This document shows positions 14,100 to 20,000 of a stretch of 20,000 nt of DNA, piece after piece; the stretch's first letter is position 1; each line of letters starts with the position of its first letter. The notes beneath the pieces are model-generated. The model saw only the letters and a program-made list of their open reading frames with translations, had not been told where the DNA came from and did not search any database. Position numbers and translations under genes: made by a program. The DNA lies in IMG/VR virus record IMGVR_UViG_3300044535_000365; one strand, given 5' to 3'. The DNA is from an uncultured virus (IMG/VR IMGVR_UViG_3300044535_000365). Its lineage: Duplodnaviria; Heunggongvirae; Uroviricota; Caudoviricetes.

Positions 14100-15194
14100 A
14101 TGACTCGCACCACAGACAGCTTGACAGTAACTTCAGTACAGCTTCGCCGAGCACTTCTCAAAGCATTCAAAGTAAAACGCCCTGTTTTTATATGGGGCCC
14201 GCCCGGCGTCGGTAAGTCGGAAGTAGTAGCTGACATTACTGAAGAAATGGGCGGCTTGATGATTGACCTTCGTATGGCTCAAATGGAACCTACTGACATT
14301 CGCGGTATTCCATTCTTCAACAAAGACCTTAATAAGATGGATTGGGCTGAACCAATTGATCTTCCTGATCAAGAACTTGCTAGTCAGTATCCTCTGATCG
14401 TACTCTTTCTTGACGAAATGAACTCGGCTCCTCCCGCAGTGCAGGCAGCTGGTTATCAGTTGATTCTTAACCGCAGAGTAGGTAAGTATCGTTTGCCTGA
14501 TAACGTAGTAATCGTAGCAGCAGGTAACCGCGACAGTGACAAAGGTGTTACTTATCGTATGCCCATGCCGCTTGCTAATCGTTTCATTCACCTTGAAATG
14601 CGCCCCGACTTTAACGCTTGGCAGAACTGGGCTGTTAACAAAGGCATTCACAAAGACGTAGTTGGTTACTTGTCATTTGCAAAAAATGACATGTATGACT
14701 TTAACGCTAAGTCTTCTTCACGAGCATTTGCTACCCCGCGTTCATGGGTGTTTGTAAGCCAGTTGCTTGATGATAATGACACTGACACCGACACACTAGA
14801 ACACTTGATTGCGGGTTCTGTGGGTGAGGGTCTTGCTATTAAGTTTATGGCTCACCGCAAAGTAGCTGCGCGTATGCCTAACCCGGCAGATATTCTTAAT
14901 GGTAAGGTAACTGATCTTGCTATAAAAGAAATCTCAGCTATGTACTCGCTGACAACAGCAATGTGCTACGAACTGAAAGAAGCACATGAAAACAAAGTTG
15001 ATAGCAAAAAGTTTCACAACATGGCTCAGTATTTCTTTGACTACATGATGAATAACTTTGAAACTGAGTTGGTTGTAATGGGTGCTAAAGTTGCTTTGAA
15101 AACTTTCAAACTTCCAATTGAACCCTCACAGTTGAAAAACTTTGACGAGTTTCACAAGAAGTATGGTAAGTATATCATCAACGCTGATGATTAA
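14100..15194 (+). CDS. AAA+ ATPase (MoxR/dynein-related type)
   Basis: GPPGVGKS Walker A, LFLDEMN Walker B, AAGN sensor I, LANRF Arg finger and TPRSW sensor II. Confidence 0.92.
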   Translation: MTRTTDSLTVTSVQLRRALLKAFKVKRPVFIWGPPGVGKSEVVADITEEMGGLMIDLRMAQMEPTDIRGIPFFNKDLNKMDWAEPIDLPDQELASQYPLIVLFLDEMNSAPPAVQAAGYQLILNRRVGKYRLPDNVVIVAAGNRDSDKGVTYRMPMPLANRFIHLEMRPDFNAWQNWAVNKGIHKDVVGYLSFAKNDMYDFNAKSSSRAFATPRSWVFVSQLLDDNDTDTDTLEHLIAGSVGEGLAIKFMAHRKVAARMPNPADILNGKVTDLAIKEISAMYSLTTAMCYELKEAHENKVDSKKFHNMAQYFFDYMMNNFETELVVMGAKVALKTFKLPIEPSQLKNFDEFHKKYGKYIINADD

Positions 15195-15217
15195 GGTTTA
15201 CTGTGGTGGTACGCTTT

Positions 15218-15242
15218 AGGGGAGGAAACTCCCCTTCTTTTT
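15218..15242 (+). terminator. Rho-independent terminator
   Basis: AGGGGAG-GAAA-CTCCCCT (GNRA loop) followed by TCTTTTT. Confidence 0.9.
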
Positions 15243-15244
15243 AC

Positions 15245-15274
15245 TTGACAATAGTAAGCAAAGTAATATATAAT
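15245..15274 (+). promoter_or_regulatory. Consensus sigma70 promoter
   Basis: TTGACA (15245-15250), 18 nt, then TATAAT (15269-15274). Confidence 0.8.
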
Positions 15275-15309
15275 AGCATTATCGTAAATCAAAAATACAG
15301 GTATAAATT

Positions 15310-16623
15310 ATGAATTACCCAATCTATATGTCTGATACACTCCCCGGTACTAAGGGTAAGAAAAAGCGTTCAGCTAAACTTGAAAAACTTGTAGGTCCAA
15401 CTGATCCCAAAATTGATGTACTTGCTCGTGATCGGTTGATTAGTTCTCGTGTGTCTCTTTTGCTCAAGCATTCATTTTTTGGTAATCTCGCAACTCGCTT
15501 GCAACTTATCAATGCTGACGATTGGTGCTCAACTGCTGCTACTGACGGCTTCAAGTTTTACTACAACTCTCGTTTTATCATGATGCTAAAGCCTAAAGAA
15601 GTTATATTTTTAGTTGCACATGAAGTACTACACGTAGTTTATGATCACATGGGCCGTCGTGGTAATCGTGATCCTCAACTATTCAATATTGCAAATGACT
15701 ACTGCGTAAACGCTGACCTCAAAAAGCACAAAGTGGGCGAGTTTATCACTACAGTAGATTGCTTGTATGAACCCAAGTATGAAGGTTGGTCTAGCGAAAA
15801 GATTTATGATGATCTGATGAAAAACATTCAAAAACTTGACCTTGACAAGTTGATTGACAAAATGATTGACGATCACTTGGATGGAGACGGTGACGGCGAA
15901 GGTGAAGGTGATGATAAAGAAGGCAAAGGCAAACGTCCAACCATGTCTGAAGCCGAACGTGAACAAATGCGTAAAGATATTAGAGACGCTATTCTCAATG
16001 CAGCACAACAAGCAGGCTCCGGCGAACTTCCTGCAGGTGTAGAGCGTTTGGTAAAAGAACTTACTGACCCGGTAATGAACTGGCGAGAACTGATTCAGAC
16101 TGCATTAACTTCTGCTATCAAAAGTGATTACACTTGGATGCGTCCGTCGCGTAGATCATGGCACATGGATGCTATTATGCCAGGTACTAACCCCGGTGAA
16201 GAAATTGACGTAGATATCTACATTGACTTGTCCGGATCTATTTCTAACAAGCAGGGCATGGCATTTTTGTCAGAAGTAATGGGCATGATGGATATGTTTG
16301 ATGGCTATCGTGTTCATGTATCATGCTTTGATACTGAAGTATATAACACTCAGGAATTTACTTCTGAAAACATGGACACTGTTGAAGATTACCAACTTAA
16401 AGGTGGCGGCGGTACTGACTTTACTTGTATCTTTAAACATCTTAAAGAAGAAAACAGAGTGCCCAACAAACTGATTGTATTCACAGATGGCTATCCTTTT
16501 GGTTCATGGGGTGATGCTGAATACTGTGATACACTATGGATCATTCACGGTGATCCTAATCCGAACCCGCCCTTTGGCAATTTTGCGATTTATGATGACC
16601 ACAGAATCTCCCAAGCAGCCTGA
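15310..16623 (+). CDS. HExxH metallopeptidase-like plus VWA domain protein (DUF2201-like), partner of the AAA ATPase
   Basis: TAATDG, AHEVLH and NIANDY.VN motifs; acidic Gly linker; MIDAS DLSGS, GGGTDF and FTDGY. Confidence 0.9.
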   Translation: MNYPIYMSDTLPGTKGKKKRSAKLEKLVGPTDPKIDVLARDRLISSRVSLLLKHSFFGNLATRLQLINADDWCSTAATDGFKFYYNSRFIMMLKPKEVIFLVAHEVLHVVYDHMGRRGNRDPQLFNIANDYCVNADLKKHKVGEFITTVDCLYEPKYEGWSSEKIYDDLMKNIQKLDLDKLIDKMIDDHLDGDGDGEGEGDDKEGKGKRPTMSEAEREQMRKDIRDAILNAAQQAGSGELPAGVERLVKELTDPVMNWRELIQTALTSAIKSDYTWMRPSRRSWHMDAIMPGTNPGEEIDVDIYIDLSGSISNKQGMAFLSEVMGMMDMFDGYRVHVSCFDTEVYNTQEFTSENMDTVEDYQLKGGGGTDFTCIFKHLKEENRVPNKLIVFTDGYPFGSWGDAEYCDTLWIIHGDPNPNPPFGNFAIYDDHRISQAA

Positions 16624-17185
16624 GGTAATATTTGAATCCCCTGACAGGGGACACACAGTGTACGCCCGCACTATAGGAAGTACCGAGCGTACATTGGTTC
16701 ATAGCAAATATCCACTGTGGGTTAGTCGTTGGTCTGATTGGCAAGATATTCTAAAAGCTGCCGAAACTAATCCAGCACTTGATGATTTAATAAAAAAGCG
16801 GAAATGGTATATGAACTCACAAAATAAAACACATCATTTTTTGGCAATGTGGTGTAATGAAGGATTGGAATGTATCTATGATGTTGCTGCCGCCAAACAG
16901 GAAATTGAAAACTGGGAAAAGGAAACTATTTTTTCTATCTTAAAGGAAGAAAACTACGCCGGTCCAAAACCAAATCCTATTCCATTAAATCAAATGATTC
17001 TTAGAGCCAGAATGAACTCTCAAAGATCGTATGAAATTTATGAATTTAATTCCGCATTAGACATAGACGGAGTAAAGGAATTATTTAAAACTGACCCTCA
17101 AATTGTTGTTGATTGGATTAGAAAAAATGGTTACAAAACTTATAGTGATTACGTTGATGAAAAAGCTAGGGTTGTTATACGATGA
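16592..17185 (+). CDS. Hypothetical protein, probably two genes (16592-~16827 and 16811-17185) joined at an A-run
   Basis: The track start at 16475 lies deep inside the VWA gene, so ATG 16592/16595 is more plausible. There is an internal ATG at 16811 and an A_AAA_AAG at 16792-16798. Confidence 0.65.
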   Translation: MMTTESPKQPEVIFESPDRGHTVYARTIGSTERTLVHSKYPLWVSRWSDWQDILKAAETNPALDDLIKKRKWYMNSQNKTHHFLAMWCNEGLECIYDVAAAKQEIENWEKETIFSILKEENYAGPKPNPIPLNQMILRARMNSQRSYEIYEFNSALDIDGVKELFKTDPQIVVDWIRKNGYKTYSDYVDEKARVVIR

Positions 17186-17562
17186 AATATATTGGTACAA
17201 GTTTAGGAAGATGTTTGCGCAGCATACTCAAGGGTGAAGTGTCCGAGGATCAAGTTTTCTTGATAGTAACAGGTACTATGTCTCACACTATAGATGATTT
17301 TCTTTTAATCATCAAACAGTACCATTACGAACGTTACGGTGAGTATGACATTTCACAATGGACTTATGAGGAAGCAAAAGAATTAGGTATTCGGTTATGG
17401 AACAACGGAAAAATACACCAGCCTAGAAACTTTAAAACTAATCCGTTTTTCCGTGGCGGTGATAAACTTTGGATTGAAATATTTCCTCCTCACTTGTTGC
17501 AAGAACCTGCGGCAAAAGATTTGTGGGATAAGTTAACTGTAATTGCTAGGTTGTATGAATGA
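17182..17562 (+). CDS. Hypothetical phage protein
   Basis: 126-aa ORF with ATGA overlaps at both ends; IG.SL.RC...I and GKIHQPR motifs. Confidence 0.8.
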   Translation: MKYIGTSLGRCLRSILKGEVSEDQVFLIVTGTMSHTIDDFLLIIKQYHYERYGEYDISQWTYEEAKELGIRLWNNGKIHQPRNFKTNPFFRGGDKLWIEIFPPHLLQEPAAKDLWDKLTVIARLYE

Positions 17563-17816
17563 CAGAATTAAATGTTTACACATGGTTTAGTAACAGAGAA
17601 TTAAATTATATACCTGCACACTTTGTAGTAGTAGATACTTTAATTACTCAAGAGTCCAAACAATGGATTCTTGAAAAGCTAACTGGTAGATTTTGTTTAG
17701 TAGAGATTCCCAACTATACCGATTTAAATATAGCATCTAATCCGTGGGCATTTGGATATTCTCCTGCTTTTGAAAATCCTCAAGAAGCTACCTATTTCCA
17801 ACTTATGTGGAACTAG
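17559..17816 (+). CDS. Hypothetical phage protein
   Basis: 85-aa ORF ending PAFENPQEATYFQLMW, ATGA-coupled to the upstream gene. Confidence 0.8.
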   Translation: MTELNVYTWFSNRELNYIPAHFVVVDTLITQESKQWILEKLTGRFCLVEIPNYTDLNIASNPWAFGYSPAFENPQEATYFQLMWN

Positions 17817-17874
17817 GTAAAAATTTTCACACACTGTTTCTTTATTGTAAATACGATATACAAGGAGAAACTAT

Positions 17875-18585
17875 ATGAGTTTTTTAAGACACATCGGTAA
17901 ACATAACGAAAGAAAGATTGCTATTATTTTTAGAGAAGTACCAGGTGAACCTCACATGTGTTTGGTTGCATACCCTGAAGTGCTTAACAGACATATTCAT
18001 GATCCATTGATGAAATGTATTGAAAGTGATATCGGACAAAGCAGTGAAAACTTAGCTGATGCACTTAATCGCACTTACACTATTGATGGTAAAATCATTC
18101 TTCAAGCACTACACGCTGAAGGCCAATTAAAGAAAGTTAATACAGAACAAGTAATAGTTACTCCTGCTCCTAATACTAGAATTAAGCTAAACGAGTTGAA
18201 TAAAATTCTGGATGAAATGAAGCAGGGTGAGGCTGCGGTAAAGCGGTTAGCAGAACTTGACTCAAGCACTGGGTTGCAAGATCCTGCTGATGTTGCTCGT
18301 AGAATGCGCAACAATAAAGAACCTGTTGTTTCACAATCAACTGATGTATTAGGTGACCACCAAATAGCAAATAACTTGCGTACTCAAGCTGAAAGAATGG
18401 CAACTGAAGCTAAAGGACTTTTAGCTGAATCTGAAAGAATGATGAGCGAAGCTAATCAGATGCTAGGTGTTTCAGTAGAAAAAAAGACAACTAGAAAAAC
18501 TAAAGCAGCTACTACTGTTGCTCCGGTAGAACAACCTAAAGTTGTTGCTAAAACACGAGTAAAGAAACCAAAAGTTGAAGCCTAA
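17875..18585 (+). CDS. Hypothetical protein with a coiled-coil region and Lys-rich tail
   Basis: SD AAGGAG at 17862-17867; 236-aa ORF. Confidence 0.85.
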   Translation: MSFLRHIGKHNERKIAIIFREVPGEPHMCLVAYPEVLNRHIHDPLMKCIESDIGQSSENLADALNRTYTIDGKIILQALHAEGQLKKVNTEQVIVTPAPNTRIKLNELNKILDEMKQGEAAVKRLAELDSSTGLQDPADVARRMRNNKEPVVSQSTDVLGDHQIANNLRTQAERMATEAKGLLAESERMMSEANQMLGVSVEKKTTRKTKAATTVAPVEQPKVVAKTRVKKPKVEA

Positions 18586-18881
18586 TGTCACCTGATTTTA
18601 GTAAAAAGTGGTCACATATTTTAGAAGATGTTGATAAACGTGCTATACCTATAGAGTTTATCAGAAAGTTAGTAATAAAACTTGAAAAAAGAAAACAGCA
18701 TACTATTAATATTGAAAAGATGCTAAAGCAGGGTTTAGAACCTGAAGATGTTGAAGATACTGTTAGTACTAAGTTATTAGAACTTGATGACCAAGTTGTA
18801 AGTATTGAGTTTGTACTAAACGTAGATACTATTGCAGAAATAGTACAACCAGAAACAGATAAATTATTAAACGGTCTTTGA
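18585..18881 (+). CDS. Hypothetical protein
   Basis: 98-aa ORF coupled by TAATG and TGATG overlaps. Confidence 0.8.
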   Translation: MSPDFSKKWSHILEDVDKRAIPIEFIRKLVIKLEKRKQHTINIEKMLKQGLEPEDVEDTVSTKLLELDDQVVSIEFVLNVDTIAEIVQPETDKLLNGL

Positions 18882-19360
18882 TGAAATTAATATTAGCATG
18901 TGATCCACAGGGCGGAATCGGTAAAGATAATACTTTACCGTGGCCTATGTTAGAAGGCGACTTGCCTAGATTTAAAAAACTTACCACTGACCAAGTAATA
19001 GTAATGGGTAGAAATACATGGTTAAGCTTACCTAAGAAACCTCTCACTAATAGACTTAACTTTGTTGTTACTAGTCATCAATTAGAATTACCACCTGGCG
19101 CTGTTGCAGTAAAAGACTTATCACATTTCAACCATTTTAAAAATGCTTGGTTAATAGGTGGTGCTAGTCTAGTAAACTCTAGTTGGGATTACATAGACGA
19201 AATTTATTTGTCTTTAACAAATGACCATTATGATTGTGATTGTTTTGTTGATCTAGTATACTTAGAACACAATTATACTCGCGTTCATATAGAACATCAC
19301 AAAGATCATAGCTACGAGGTTTGGAAAAGAAAAGATGGAACAGTATCACAATTTACTTAA
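18881..19360 (+). CDS. folA: Dihydrofolate reductase
   Basis: [40 protein letters not shown] and CD.F motifs; ATG at the TGATG overlap. Confidence 0.95.
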   Translation: MKLILACDPQGGIGKDNTLPWPMLEGDLPRFKKLTTDQVIVMGRNTWLSLPKKPLTNRLNFVVTSHQLELPPGAVAVKDLSHFNHFKNAWLIGGASLVNSSWDYIDEIYLSLTNDHYDCDCFVDLVYLEHNYTRVHIEHHKDHSYEVWKRKDGTVSQFT

Positions 19361-20000
19361 AGACATTCTTGAAAACGGCGAGGAACGTAGCGATAGAACA
19401 AACACAGGAACTATATCAGTATTTGGTCGTCAGCTACGTTTTGATCTTAGAACAACTTTCCCTGCAATCACTACAAAAAAGCTAGCATGGCGAGCATGTG
19501 TAGCTGAATTACTTTGGTTCTTAGAAGGATCAAGTGACGAACGAAGACTTTCCGAGATAACACACGGCACACGCGATTCTTCTAAATCAACAATATGGAC
19601 TGGTAATGCTGAATCACCTTACTGGAAACCTAGAGCCAAGTTTGAAGGCGACTTGGGTAGAGTGTATGGTGTACAGTGGCGACAGTGGGATACGCACACT
19701 ACTAGTATATGTCAAGCAGAACCTGTTTTTATTGACCAACTTAAACAAGTTATTGAAAACATCAAAAAAGATCCATATGGTCGTAGACACATCGTTAGCG
19801 CATGGAATGTTGCTGAACTAAATAAAATGGCATTGCCGCCCTGTCATGTTATGTTTCAGTTTTATGTAGGCACTGATGGAACACTAAGTTGTCATATGTA
19901 TCAGCGGTCCGCAGACATCTTTTTAGGTGTCCCGTTCAATATCGCAAGCTATGCGTTACTTACGCACATGATTGCACATGTAACTGGATTAAAAGCTAAA
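19335..20000 (+). CDS. thyA: Thymidylate synthase (ThyA), truncated by the window end
   Basis: Manual translation [31 protein letters not shown]...TTKK...ELLWFL...[10 protein letters not shown]...RRHIVSAWN...MALPPCH..FQFY...[18 protein letters not shown]. Absent from the ORF track because no stop lies in the window. Confidence 0.97.
   Translation, partial: MEQYHNLLKDILENGEERSDRTNTGTISVFGRQLRFDLRTTFPAITTKKLAWRACVAELLWFLEGSSDERRLSEITHGTRDSSKSTIWTGNAESPYWKPRAKFEGDLGRVYGVQWRQWDTHTTSICQAEPVFIDQLKQVIENIKKDPYGRRHIVSAWNVAELNKMALPPCHVMFQFYVGTDGTLSCHMYQRSADIFLGVPFNIASYALLTHMIAHVTGLKAK

Noticed and set aside
2386..19047. Remaining nested or antisense ORFs in the track (e.g. 2386-2763, 5411-5662, 5608-5799, 6098-6316, 7038-7265, 7641-7943, 14133-14651, 15679-16011, 18102-18403, 18829-19047)
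   Set aside because: They lie within well-supported genes and have no recognisable motifs; those in the repeat region simply mirror the repeat.
19606..19821. Plus-strand 71-aa ORF
   Set aside because: Out-of-frame overlap inside thyA.
1..20000. Stop-codon reassignment as seen in some large phages
   Set aside because: Conserved enzymes are full length in the standard code, and TAA, TAG and TGA all end genes at tight junctions.
19335..20000. Intron in thyA (as in T4 td)
   Set aside because: The reading frame is continuous through the PCH and QRSAD motifs to the window end.

Overview
AT-rich, densely packed, entirely plus-strand stretch that looks like a large lytic (jumbo-type) dsDNA phage genome using the standard genetic code. 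1-10.3 kb: sugar/surface-modification cluster (HAD-like fragment, cupin, nucleotidyltransferase-kinase fusion, SdhL-type shikimate dehydrogenase-like enzyme, KdsC-like phosphatase, GatZ/KbaZ-like aldolase, NodU/CmcH carbamoyltransferase) ending in a 1457-aa protein with nine exactly 201-bp-spaced 67-aa repeats and probable GT-A-like modules. 10.4-11.4 kb: promoter, structured leader, three small ORFs (one Bfd-like Cys protein missed by the ORF track) and the standout feature, a complete circularly permuted two-piece tmRNA gene (acceptor piece, then an 86-nt self-pairing intervening segment, then the coding piece with tag ANDEFALEDIRLAA, then a terminator). 11.4-13.2 kb: nucleotidyltransferase fusion, APS-kinase-like P-loop protein and a hypothetical. 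13.2-16.6 kb: early-type module with strong sigma70 promoters, paired IHF-consensus sites, AAA+ ATPase and HExxH/VWA partner. 16.6-20 kb: hypotheticals (one with an A_AAA_AAG junction suggesting a frameshift or fusion), DHFR and thymidylate synthase (runs off the window). All family calls come from motif recognition, not database searches.
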